From the NCBI GenBank assembly GCA_026988235.1, contig JALSLQ010000009.1, positions 5,992-69,991 on the forward strand: a DNA stretch of 64,000 nucleotides. The letters run 5' to 3'. The DNA comes from Sulfurimonas sp. (GTDB lineage: Bacteria > Campylobacterota > Campylobacteria > Campylobacterales > Sulfurimonadaceae). The position numbers and the translations under genes were made by a program. This document shows, piece by piece, positions 9,089 to 17,354 of the stretch. Numbering within the stretch: position 1 is the first letter of the stretch; every line of letters starts with the position of its first letter. The notes under the pieces are model-generated. The model was not told the origin of the DNA. It did no database searches and saw only the letters and a list, made by a program, of their open reading frames with translations.

Positions 9089-9102
9089 AATTTAACTTCC
9101 TT

Positions 9103-10119
9103 TTATACGACTGTTTTATATTTTTCTTCCCACTCAGTAAATTCGGGTGTGAAGTATTCAATGCGAACTTTTTTAAATTCTTTTGATGAATAGAGAGGCA
9201 TATGTGATTTGGACTCTATTTCTTCAGACATTTCTTGTATCATTGCATTTGTTTCCTCTGTTGTTTTTCCATGAACCATAGTAAAAAGGTTATAAGGCCA
9301 ATTCTCATATTTTGGACGCAGATAGCAGTGACTAACAGCAGAAAATTCCGCTGCTTTTTTACCTATTTCCTCACCTATTTCCTCACCTATTTCTTCATCT
9401 ACATCCCAAACAACCATGGCGTTTGCATTAAAACCTGCTTTTCTATGATTTAAAATGGATGCAAATCTTCTCATGACACCTGCTTCTTGCAACTCTTGTA
9501 AAATATTGAAAAAGGTTTCATAATTTATATTGAGATTTTTAATAATTTTTGCAAAAGGTTCACTGATGAAGTCAATATCATACTGTGCATTTTGAATGAT
9601 TTCATGATGCAGAGGCGTGAGTTTTATATCAGTATGAACAACTTTTATTAGCTTTTCTTTTTTTGCATCTTTACCAGTTGTATCAAGTTTGACATTTATT
9701 TTAAAAAGTTTTAATGTCGGCAGTACAATATAGTCATCTGCCTCTGTGAGTTTTGCAAGGAGTTCTATGGTTTTGTCTAAACCAAAAAGAGAGTCAGGAG
9801 CAACAGCCATAGTAAACCAGATGTTGAAATCATGGTTTCTTTCATAGTTATGAGATACACCGGGGTGTGAATTAATGATTTTTACAGCTGTGGCGATATT
9901 TTCTTTAGGAATTTTAAAAGCGACTAGAGATGACTTGTAGCCTAATCGTTTTGTATCAAAGATGGCAGAAGTTTGTCGTATGATATTTGCTTTTTTTTCT
10001 GCTTGCAATATTTCTAAAACTTCTTCTTCGCTCATACCTAATTCATTTGCAATCACCTCAAAAGGTTTTTGCACTAATGGAAACTTTTTTTGTATTCTTG
10101 AAAGTATCTCTTGTTTCAT
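9103..10119 (-). CDS. Two-domain Lrp/AsnC-like siroheme decarboxylase, NirD/NirL-type fusion (heme d1 biosynthesis, AhbA/B-like)
   Basis: Two tandem NirD/L/G/H-like modules. The N-terminus MKQEILSRIQKKFPLVQKPFEVIANELGMSEEEVLEIL is characteristic of the family. Heme d1 gene context. Confidence 0.75.
   Translation of the reverse strand: MKQEILSRIQKKFPLVQKPFEVIANELGMSEEEVLEILQAEKKANIIRQTSAIFDTKRLGYKSSLVAFKIPKENIATAVKIINSHPGVSHNYERNHDFNIWFTMAVAPDSLFGLDKTIELLAKLTEADDYIVLPTLKLFKINVKLDTTGKDAKKEKLIKVVHTDIKLTPLHHEIIQNAQYDIDFISEPFAKIIKNLNINYETFFNILQELQEAGVMRRFASILNHRKAGFNANAMVVWDVDEEIGEEIGEEIGKKAAEFSAVSHCYLRPKYENWPYNLFTMVHGKTTEETNAMIQEMSEEIESKSHMPLYSSKEFKKVRIEYFTPEFTEWEEKYKTVV
9361..9396 (-). repeat. 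In-frame tandem repeat, 3 x 12 bp (ACCTATTTCCTC x2, ACCTATTTCTTC), encoding EEIG-EEIG-EEIG
   Basis: Read directly from the sequence. It lies inside the nirDL-like CDS (protein ...DEEIGEEIGEEIGKK...). Confidence 0.9.
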
Positions 10120-10181
10120 TTGTATTACTTTATTTTAATTTTTTGGCATAATGATTGTACCTATGTTTATCTAAATTTAAA

Positions 10182-10195
10182 TTGATATTTGTCAA
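10182..10195. promoter_or_regulatory. Near-consensus FNR/Dnr-type box TTGATatttGTCAA in a divergent promoter region
   Basis: 13 of 14 symmetric positions match TTGAT-N4-ATCAA. TATGAT (10217-10222, plus strand) and TACAAT (minus strand, 10159-10154) each put the box centre about 41-41.5 bp from an inferred start site. The box centre is about 69 bp from each start codon. Confidence 0.55.
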
Positions 10196-10256
10196 TAACT
10201 TTATGGGCATATATGCTATGATTACATTACAAAAACTTAAGTAAGGGTATTTGGAT

Positions 10257-10823
10257 ATGGCTTATTTTCCGGCATTTTTAAAACTAGATGACAAAAAAAT
10301 TCTCATAGTAGGTGGTGGAAATGTTGCTTATGAAAAGTTGGAACACCTGCTTGATTTTACAAAAGATATACATGTAATAGCAACAGAATACTCTGTCGCA
10401 ATGAAAAGACGAATAGAAAAGGAAAATCTTGAGTATAAGCAGCGTGCTTATGAAGAGGGTGATATAAAAGACTTCACAATGGTTATAGTCGCAGTGGACA
10501 CTATAGCATTGCAAGCAGAAATATTTCAAGAATCAAAAAAATATAACTGTCTTTGTAACGCTGTCGATTCTGTCGATTATTGCGATTTTATTTTTCCGTC
10601 TTATGTGAAAAAAGATGATTTGACTATTGCAATATCAACTTCTGGCACTTCGCCTGCAATGGCAAAACATTTAAGACGCTACTTACAAAAGATGATTCCA
10701 GATGGAATTTCAGAATTTTTACAAGAGATGAAGGCATTGCGTAAAAGCTTGCCTAAAGGAAAAGAGAGAATGAGAATGCTTGATGAAAAAGCAAAAAACT
10801 ATATTGAAAATTGGAGTAAGTAA
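10257..10823 (+). CDS. Precorrin-2 dehydrogenase / sirohydrochlorin ferrochelatase (SirC/Met8/CysG N-terminal-type)
   Basis: MAYFPAFLKLDDKKILIVGGGNVAYEKL is the typical NAD-binding start of the siroheme synthase N-terminal domain. I prefer the ATG at 10257 over the TTG at 10251. Confidence 0.8.
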   Translation: MAYFPAFLKLDDKKILIVGGGNVAYEKLEHLLDFTKDIHVIATEYSVAMKRRIEKENLEYKQRAYEEGDIKDFTMVIVAVDTIALQAEIFQESKKYNCLCNAVDSVDYCDFIFPSYVKKDDLTIAISTSGTSPAMAKHLRRYLQKMIPDGISEFLQEMKALRKSLPKGKERMRMLDEKAKNYIENWSK

Positions 10824-11200
10824 TGAAGGCTAAACAAGGATTATTTTTAGGAGTGTTGTTCGCATTTTTTGTACTAGGGTTTATAGCTATACAAAAGGCT
10901 ACACCGGACGCAAAACCACATAGAATGTATAAAGAAATTAAAATATATAGTCCATATAAATTTGAAAAAACTATTGGAGGTCTGGCAATAATTGATACCA
11001 GAACAGGAACAAAAGAAAAACCTGATGCGGCAGATGCTCTGTACCGTATGGATGAACTTGACCAAAAATGGGGAAAAAATCATCTTAAAATAGTTGAGAA
11101 TGAGCTCGTCGTTTTAGGTGATTATAATCAGACAGTAAGCAAAATATATATTCAAACAAAAAAAGAGAAAAGTTGGCTAAAAAAGTTTTTTGGGATTTAG
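10823..11200 (+). CDS. Hypothetical exported or anchored protein (N-terminal TM/signal)
   Basis: Track ORF. The start overlaps the sirC-like stop (TAATG). No recognisable family. Confidence 0.5.
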   Translation: MKAKQGLFLGVLFAFFVLGFIAIQKATPDAKPHRMYKEIKIYSPYKFEKTIGGLAIIDTRTGTKEKPDAADALYRMDELDQKWGKNHLKIVENELVVLGDYNQTVSKIYIQTKKEKSWLKKFFGI

Positions 11201-11221
11201 TAATATAAAGGGGAGTACATT

Positions 11222-12424
11222 ATGCTACGATTAAGTCTGTTGGCAATAGTTATCATTGTTGTCTGGATAGAGATACTTCCTTATTTAATACCTAAAAAAC
11301 CAAAAAATTTTTATAGTGATGATGATTTACGCGAGATTGCACTCAGTAGAGGCATGCATCCTATTCCCAAAGATTATGCTAAGTTTTTACAGCTTCTTGA
11401 TTCTAAAGAGAATCCTATTACAAAAGAAAAAGTTGCTTTGGGCAAACAACTATTTTTTGATACACTGCTTTCAAAAGACAATACAATTAGCTGTGCATCT
11501 TGTCATATGTTGGGTAAAAATCCGCATAATAAAAACCAATTTTTAGATGATATAAGTCATCCACAGGAAAAAACAAGCTGTATGATCTGTCATATAAAAG
11601 ATGAAAGTGGTACAGATAGGCTCTCAACAGCCATAGGAGTAGAAGGTGCAATTGCTCCAAATCATTTAAATACACCTACAATTTTAAATTCTGCTTTGGC
11701 AAAATACAGAATGTGGGATGGCTCAGCTAAAACTTCTATGGATGTTATTGCTCCAATGATACATGATAAATACAAGATGAATTTATCATCCAAAGAGCTT
11801 CAAGAGAAATTAAAAAAGAATATTTATTATGTGCAAGAGTTTAAAAAAGTTTTTGCTGACGGCATTACATTTAAAAATGTAGAAAAAGCAATAGATACTT
11901 ATCAAAAAACACTGTTAACGAGAAGTGCTTATGATAGATTTTTAGAAGGCGATAACTCTGCAATGAGTGCAGAAGCAAAAAGAGGTTTTAAAGACTTTAT
12001 ACAACTTGGTTGTAAAGGTTGTCATACCGGCATAACAGTTGGAGGACAAACAATACAAAAATTTCCTGTACGAAATTATAATCATATCATTGATGTAACG
12101 GGAATCTTTAGTCGAGAATATATTGGTAGAGATGTGGCTGCATTTAATTTTAATTTTAAACAATACCGCAGATACCCGTTTGAAAATAAAGGTGGATATT
12201 TAGGGAAAGATAATAAACAACTTTTTCGTGTGCCTATTTTACGAAATGTAACAAAAACATCGCCATATTTTCATAATGGTGCTGTATTTGATCTGCGTGA
12301 GGCTATTCACATTATGGGAAAATATCAGTTAAGTATGGAATTAACAGAGATACAAATAGATGAAATTGTCGCCTTTTTAAAATCACTTGAAGGCAATGTA
12401 GTCGAGTATAAGGAGTTAAAGTGA
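11222..12424 (+). CDS. Cytochrome c peroxidase / MauG-family protein with N-terminal TM anchor and three CXXCH motifs
   Basis: CASCH, CMICH and CKGCH. CCP-like blocks are present (TPTILNSA, MWDG, FRVPILRNV, SPYFHNGA). Confidence 0.85.
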   Translation: MLRLSLLAIVIIVVWIEILPYLIPKKPKNFYSDDDLREIALSRGMHPIPKDYAKFLQLLDSKENPITKEKVALGKQLFFDTLLSKDNTISCASCHMLGKNPHNKNQFLDDISHPQEKTSCMICHIKDESGTDRLSTAIGVEGAIAPNHLNTPTILNSALAKYRMWDGSAKTSMDVIAPMIHDKYKMNLSSKELQEKLKKNIYYVQEFKKVFADGITFKNVEKAIDTYQKTLLTRSAYDRFLEGDNSAMSAEAKRGFKDFIQLGCKGCHTGITVGGQTIQKFPVRNYNHIIDVTGIFSREYIGRDVAAFNFNFKQYRRYPFENKGGYLGKDNKQLFRVPILRNVTKTSPYFHNGAVFDLREAIHIMGKYQLSMELTEIQIDEIVAFLKSLEGNVVEYKELK

Positions 12425-14226
12425 AAATATTTTTTATTAATCTCGATATATTTTTTATGTTTATAAGCGGCATTTTATTAATGAATTACTTTGCTATACC
12501 ATGGTCATATTTCAGGACTATAGAATTTTTACATATATTTGGATCTATAGCCATAATGATTTTGTTTATATTGCCTTTTTTATATACACATATGTATGAA
12601 AGTATGCTAAGAATGAAACATCAAAGTGCAAGTGGACTTTTATTTGGATTGATTTTACTATTGATTCTTATAAGTGGAACATACTTATTTTTAGTTGGTA
12701 ACAGAGGCGGTGATATTTTTGGTGTTCTTTCATATTATATCCACCTTTATGGCTCTTTTGCCCTTGTTTTACTTTTAGGTATTCATTTGAAAAAACATTT
12801 TTTTTCAAGGTTTGCTGTTGTGACGATATCTTTATTTATTTTATTTTTGCCAAGTAATTCTTATGCGAAACAAGAAAAACTTGTAAATATTGCTTTTACC
12901 GATGGTGCAAAATATCATCATAGTGTTGATTGGACAAACTCTGTTACATGTAAAGCGTGTCATCCGAAAATATTTAAACAATGGGCAGATTCAAATCATA
13001 GACATCTTGCAGATTCAAATCCTTACTATATGGTGTTGGAAAATTTAGCGGGAATGGACAAGGGTAAAGAGTTTCGACAATGGTGTATGGGTTGCCATAA
13101 CCCGAGTGCCGTAAGTATGCATCAAGAAAGAACAACACATTTTATGCAAGATAATATTATGCCAGAACCACTTTTTACTAAAGGTTCACAAAATCTCATC
13201 AATGAGTATAAGAAAAATCCAAATAGACTTGAGCAGGGTGTTTCTTGCATTGCATGTCATCGTATAGTAAAAGCAAAACCGATTGGAAATAGTTCTTATA
13301 CCTTAAACCTTAGCAAAAGAAAAAAATATTTTTATGAAGATTCACATACAGATATGAAAGTGTGGATAAGTCAAAAGCTAATTAATGCAAATCCACAGGT
13401 ACATAAAAATGAGTATATGCAGCCTTTATATAAGAAGAGCGAATATTGTGCTTCTTGTCATAATGAATTTTTACCGCATTCGGGTAAAAAAGTAGTTTCA
13501 ACTTATGAACAGTGGAAAAAATCTCCTTACAATGACCCGAAGCATCCTAATGAGCATAAAGATTGTATTGATTGTCATATGACTAACTTGAGAAATGGTA
13601 AATTTTCTCCGCTTCAAGGGCATTCTACACTTGGCGGTAAAAATAAAAAAGATATAAAAGTACACTATTTTGCAGGAGGGAACTATTTTCTTTCTGGCTT
13701 AAAAAATACAGAGAATGAATCACAGTCTTTACAACTTTTGAAAACATCTGCAAAATTAGATGTAACGATTGATAAAAATATATTATATGTTGGTGTTAAA
13801 AATGTCGGAGCAGGGCATAAACTTCCTACCGGAGCGGCAGATTTTCGTGAATTATGGCTTGATATAACAGTCAAAGATAGCAATGAAAAAATTGTTTTTA
13901 GTAGTGGAAAATTAAATAAAGGAGGAGACATACAAAAGAACTCTGTTATTTTCAACAAGGTATTTGGTGATAAAGATGGGAAACCCGTAGGATTGTTTTT
14001 TTGGCGATATGTAAAATTACTCAAAGATACAAGAATACCGGCAGGTAAAAGAGTTGTAGAAAAAATTCCATTACAAAAAGATGTGCAGTATCCTTTACAT
14101 GTAAACATTAAGCTTAATTTTAGAATTTATCCGCAATGGGTAACGAATATTGTAAAAGTTGCATATCCACAATTACCGAATCCTCCTGTCATAACAATAG
14201 AACATTTGGAAAAATCTTTTGAGTAA
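12421..14226 (+). CDS. Fusion protein: N-terminal 4-TM His-rich domain (cytochrome b-like?) plus periplasmic pentaheme cytochrome c
   Basis: Five CXXCH motifs (CKACH, CMGCH, CIACH, CASCH, CIDCH). The N-terminal 130 aa form about 4 TM helices with His in or next to them (FLHIFGS, YTHMY, YYIHLYG, LGIHLKKH). The GTG start overlaps the peroxidase stop. Confidence 0.75.
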   Translation: MKIFFINLDIFFMFISGILLMNYFAIPWSYFRTIEFLHIFGSIAIMILFILPFLYTHMYESMLRMKHQSASGLLFGLILLLILISGTYLFLVGNRGGDIFGVLSYYIHLYGSFALVLLLGIHLKKHFFSRFAVVTISLFILFLPSNSYAKQEKLVNIAFTDGAKYHHSVDWTNSVTCKACHPKIFKQWADSNHRHLADSNPYYMVLENLAGMDKGKEFRQWCMGCHNPSAVSMHQERTTHFMQDNIMPEPLFTKGSQNLINEYKKNPNRLEQGVSCIACHRIVKAKPIGNSSYTLNLSKRKKYFYEDSHTDMKVWISQKLINANPQVHKNEYMQPLYKKSEYCASCHNEFLPHSGKKVVSTYEQWKKSPYNDPKHPNEHKDCIDCHMTNLRNGKFSPLQGHSTLGGKNKKDIKVHYFAGGNYFLSGLKNTENESQSLQLLKTSAKLDVTIDKNILYVGVKNVGAGHKLPTGAADFRELWLDITVKDSNEKIVFSSGKLNKGGDIQKNSVIFNKVFGDKDGKPVGLFFWRYVKLLKDTRIPAGKRVVEKIPLQKDVQYPLHVNIKLNFRIYPQWVTNIVKVAYPQLPNPPVITIEHLEKSFE

Positions 14227-14614
14227 AATAGTGTTGTTAGTGCTTCTTATATTTTGTGAGGCACAGGGGTTTATGATTGAAAGTAATTATGAAGTCGCAC
14301 AACAAAAAGCTTTGAAATCAAATAAAATACTTCTTGTGTTTTTGACAAAAAAAGAGTGCACTTACTGCAATAAAGAGCTTAGAAAAATTTTGAACAGTAA
14401 AAATATAACTTCACTTATTGAAAAAAAAGCAATTTTTCTTTTAGTGTATAAAGCGCAATACGAAAGTTTTCCTAGAGAATTGCTCTATGCGACACATTAC
14501 CCAACACTATTTTTTCTTGATAAGTATGAACTTTTTTCTTGCAGAGCATTACGAGAAAATATAAATATAAAAGATATAATAACTTGCTTAACGCCAAAAA
14601 AAATTAGCCAATAG
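14219..14614 (+). CDS. Thioredoxin-fold protein with CxxC (CTYC), exported
   Basis: Signal-like N-terminus. KILLVFLTKKECTYCNKEL resembles thioredoxin_7/DUF255-type proteins. The start is uncertain (TTG at 14219 or GTG at 14231). It overlaps the upstream stop. Confidence 0.55.
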   Translation: MSKIVLLVLLIFCEAQGFMIESNYEVAQQKALKSNKILLVFLTKKECTYCNKELRKILNSKNITSLIEKKAIFLLVYKAQYESFPRELLYATHYPTLFFLDKYELFSCRALRENINIKDIITCLTPKKISQ

Positions 14615-15500
14615 CATCAAAAGCATCTTCAATTGTTTTATACTTTTGTGCTATAAAAAGATAAACTGCTGCATTGAGTTTTGCTAATTTTAAATAGGCA
14701 TCAGAGGGGTTATTGAGCTGTTCGAGTGAATCTGCAAGTGTTATGGTATCCCATGATTTTTTATAGTTTATGCCATAATATTGTGGGTCTATAATTATCT
14801 CTTTTATATCATCTCCTTCTTCAGTAATCCATAATCGACCTTTACTAAAGAGTTCAGGAGTTCCCTCATTCCCTTGAATGAGAGCGAACTTTTTATACCT
14901 ATCTGCAAAAATTTCTACATATTTTTTTACATAGGGTTTATGAAATACTCCTGTAATTGCATAATTGCTGTTTGCAACATTTGGAAGTTTTTCTATGGTG
15001 TTAAAGCCGCTTCTAAGCCCTAGTTTATTTCGTATATCAGTAAGCATGTGCAATTTGTTGAGATAGTTTTTTCTGTTAAAATATTTAATATTTTGACTCA
15101 AAATTATATTGTCACATATATTTTTGATTGTGATACCATCTTTTGCAGGCTGTTTTTCATCACCCATTATAACTAGATTAAGATCTGTTTTTTGCAGTAT
15201 TTTTGCAACAAGTGGAAAAATATAAGGATTTTTTGCTTTGCCGTCAAACGGATAACCAAGTTCTATGGAATTTGGTATATTTTCTTTTTGTGTATATGTA
15301 TCACACGCAGTAAGTGCCCCACGGAACTCCTCTGTTGTCTCAGGTTTGAGTCTCCACCCAAGTAAAAATGCAGCAATCTGTTCACTCGGAACACTTTGGT
15401 CTAAAACCTGCTGCATCATATCTTTACTCTCCTCAAAACTTAAATCTCTATTACCTTTGGGACCGGTTCCAACTGCATGTATATATTTAAAAAAATCCAT
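14604..15500 (-). CDS. TrpD-like (glycosyl transferase family 3 / anthranilate phosphoribosyltransferase-like) protein
   Basis: The N-terminal helical domain pattern (GNRDLSFEESKDMMQQVL...QIAAFLLGWRLKPET) is typical of TrpD/TrpD2. It is about 40 aa shorter than canonical TrpD and has no trp gene context. Confidence 0.6.
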   Translation of the reverse strand: MDFFKYIHAVGTGPKGNRDLSFEESKDMMQQVLDQSVPSEQIAAFLLGWRLKPETTEEFRGALTACDTYTQKENIPNSIELGYPFDGKAKNPYIFPLVAKILQKTDLNLVIMGDEKQPAKDGITIKNICDNIILSQNIKYFNRKNYLNKLHMLTDIRNKLGLRSGFNTIEKLPNVANSNYAITGVFHKPYVKKYVEIFADRYKKFALIQGNEGTPELFSKGRLWITEEGDDIKEIIIDPQYYGINYKKSWDTITLADSLEQLNNPSDAYLKLAKLNAAVYLFIAQKYKTIEDAFDAIG

Positions 15501-15513
15501 TGAATACCTTTTC

Positions 15514-15852
15514 TTATTTATCTAACTCGTTTTCAATTGCCTCTTGCAAATTACTGTCTTTTGGTGAAATGTCAAAATACTCTTTTGTAAAAGTAATAGT
15601 TACAGCTTTCATGGCATTATTTTCTTCTTTTTCAGCAATAAGTTCATTTTCTTTAAATTCAGTTATCCTCCAACCATTTTTTTCACCGGCTTGACGAATC
15701 AGCTTATGAAACTTCTTTAAAGGTATCTCGTGTTTTAAGTGCGTGAAAGAAACAGTTTTTACATCTCCTGTTGTCATAGATGTTGTTGAGCAGGCATTAA
15801 AAAGCATACTGCTTAAAACTATTGTAATGGTAGAAATTATAATTTTTCTCAT
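15514..15852 (-). CDS. Lipoprotein, unknown function
   Basis: Lipobox SSMLFNAC after a signal peptide. Track ORF. Confidence 0.6.
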   Translation of the reverse strand: MRKIIISTITIVLSSMLFNACSTTSMTTGDVKTVSFTHLKHEIPLKKFHKLIRQAGEKNGWRITEFKENELIAEKEENNAMKAVTITFTKEYFDISPKDSNLQEAIENELDK

Positions 15853-15917
15853 GGTAACCCCTTTATTATATGATATAATAATAATTCTAAAGAAAGATTT
15901 AATTTATAGGAATTTGA

Positions 15918-16112
15918 ATGACAATGCATGATATTATGATTATTTTAGTAATGACTTTCCCAATGTTTATTTTTACAATTTATCCAGGTATCTGGCTAGG
16001 TGATTATTTAGAAAAGCATCATAATATAAAAGAGTCACAAAAACGCTCTGTGATGATAATTATAACATTTTTAGGTGCATTACTCCTTTCTTCATTATTG
16101 TACTATGTGTAA
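15918..16112 (+). CDS. Small 2-TM protein, unknown function
   Basis: Track ORF only. It lies immediately upstream of the Sel1-repeat gene. Confidence 0.35.
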   Translation: MTMHDIMIILVMTFPMFIFTIYPGIWLGDYLEKHHNIKESQKRSVMIIITFLGALLLSSLLYYV

Positions 16113-16129
16113 CTAAAAGGGGGATTATT

Positions 16130-16612
16130 GTGAAAAAATTACTTTTTATTATATTACTTGCATCAATGCTTTATTCATCTTCGGATACTGCTTTGGATGC
16201 ATTAAATAAAGGGGATTATAAAAAAGCTTTTAGTATATTGGACAGTAGATTCAAGCATGGGAATATAAATGCAACATATAATTTATCATTGATGTATTAT
16301 AAGGGGTATGGAGTAGACCAAAATATTTCTAAGGCAGCCCAACTTTTAGAAATTGCTGCAAAATCCGGACACAAAAAAGCTGTGCAAAATGTAGGTCGAA
16401 TATATATGCAAATAATGAATTTTGATAAAGCAGCAAAATGGTTACAAATAAATGCAAAGATGGGTGATACGGGTGCTTATTATCTTCTTGCAGAAATTTA
16501 TGTAGAGCAAGAAAAATTTAAAAAAGCGAAAAAATGGGCAAAAAAAGCTATGGACGCCGGCAACAAAGAAGCTTCAGTATTATGGCAGCAGTATGATTTA
16601 CAAAATTATTAA
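16130..16612 (+). CDS. Sel1-like repeat (TPR-family) secreted protein, Hcp-like
   Basis: Signal peptide plus repeated Sel1 signatures (NLSLMYYKGYGVDQNISKAAQLLEIAAKSGHKKA..., GDTGAYYLLAEIY...KAKKWAKKA). Confidence 0.8.
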   Translation: MKKLLFIILLASMLYSSSDTALDALNKGDYKKAFSILDSRFKHGNINATYNLSLMYYKGYGVDQNISKAAQLLEIAAKSGHKKAVQNVGRIYMQIMNFDKAAKWLQINAKMGDTGAYYLLAEIYVEQEKFKKAKKWAKKAMDAGNKEASVLWQQYDLQNY

Positions 16613-16619
16613 TTATTAA

Positions 16620-17354
16620 TTATTTGTTAAACCAATTTAGTTGATCTCTGAGTTCAACGACTTTGCCGACTATAATGAGAGCGGGGGTGGGTACTCCTTT
16701 TGCTTTTTGCACAATATCGCTAAGTGTTCCGACAACGACACTTTGGTCTTTTGTAGTTCCGCGTGAAATCACAGCACAAGGATAATCTTTTGATTTGCCT
16801 ACTTCTATAAGTTTTGATGCAATTTTAGGAAGATTGTGTAAGCCCATTAAAAATATGATTGTATCATCTGTTTTAAAATTTTCCCATGCAATTTGAGACT
16901 CTTTTTTATTTGGAGATTCATGCCCCGTTACGACTCTGAAACTTACAGCTACCCCACGATGTGTTACTGGAATACCGGCATATGCAGGTACACTTATAGC
17001 AGAGGTTATTCCTGGAATTATCTCAAATTTTATATCTCTTTGTGCAAGGTATGTACCTTCTTCCCCTCCACGCCCAAAAACGAAAGGATCGCCCCCTTTT
17101 AATCGTACTACTACATTATATTTAAGAGCATTTTGATAAATGACTTCATTTATTTCATCCTGTGGTAGTGTATGCTTCCCATCTTCTTTTCCTACATAAA
17201 CAAACTCGCAACCGTCTTTTGTCATCTCTAAAATCTCAGGATTTGCTAAGCGATCATAAATGATAACATCAGCTTCACTGATAACTCTGTGAGCTTTCAT
17301 TGTTAAGAGTTCAATGTCTCCGGGACCGGCACCAGTTAAATACACTCTGCTCAT
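16620..17354 (-). CDS. cobA: Uroporphyrinogen-III C-methyltransferase (SUMT; NirE/CobA role)
   Basis: VYLTGAGPGDIELLT start, GGDPFVFGRGGEE and IPGITS motifs. Confidence 0.9.
   Translation of the reverse strand: MSRVYLTGAGPGDIELLTMKAHRVISEADVIIYDRLANPEILEMTKDGCEFVYVGKEDGKHTLPQDEINEVIYQNALKYNVVVRLKGGDPFVFGRGGEEGTYLAQRDIKFEIIPGITSAISVPAYAGIPVTHRGVAVSFRVVTGHESPNKKESQIAWENFKTDDTIIFLMGLHNLPKIASKLIEVGKSKDYPCAVISRGTTKDQSVVVGTLSDIVQKAKGVPTPALIIVGKVVELRDQLNWFNK

Noticed and set aside
13683-14108. 141-aa antisense ORF inside the pentaheme cytochrome gene. The same class includes 828..1061, 5268..5510, 9235..9453, 20303..20563, 28371..28751, 29390..29749, 35261..35800, 50468..51028, 53326..53999, 58734..59078 and 60967..61745.
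   Set aside because: All are fully embedded opposite well-supported genes. Their composition is low-complexity and Ser/Phe/Leu/Ile-rich, as expected from reading AT-rich codons in reverse. None has an RBS or a recognisable motif.
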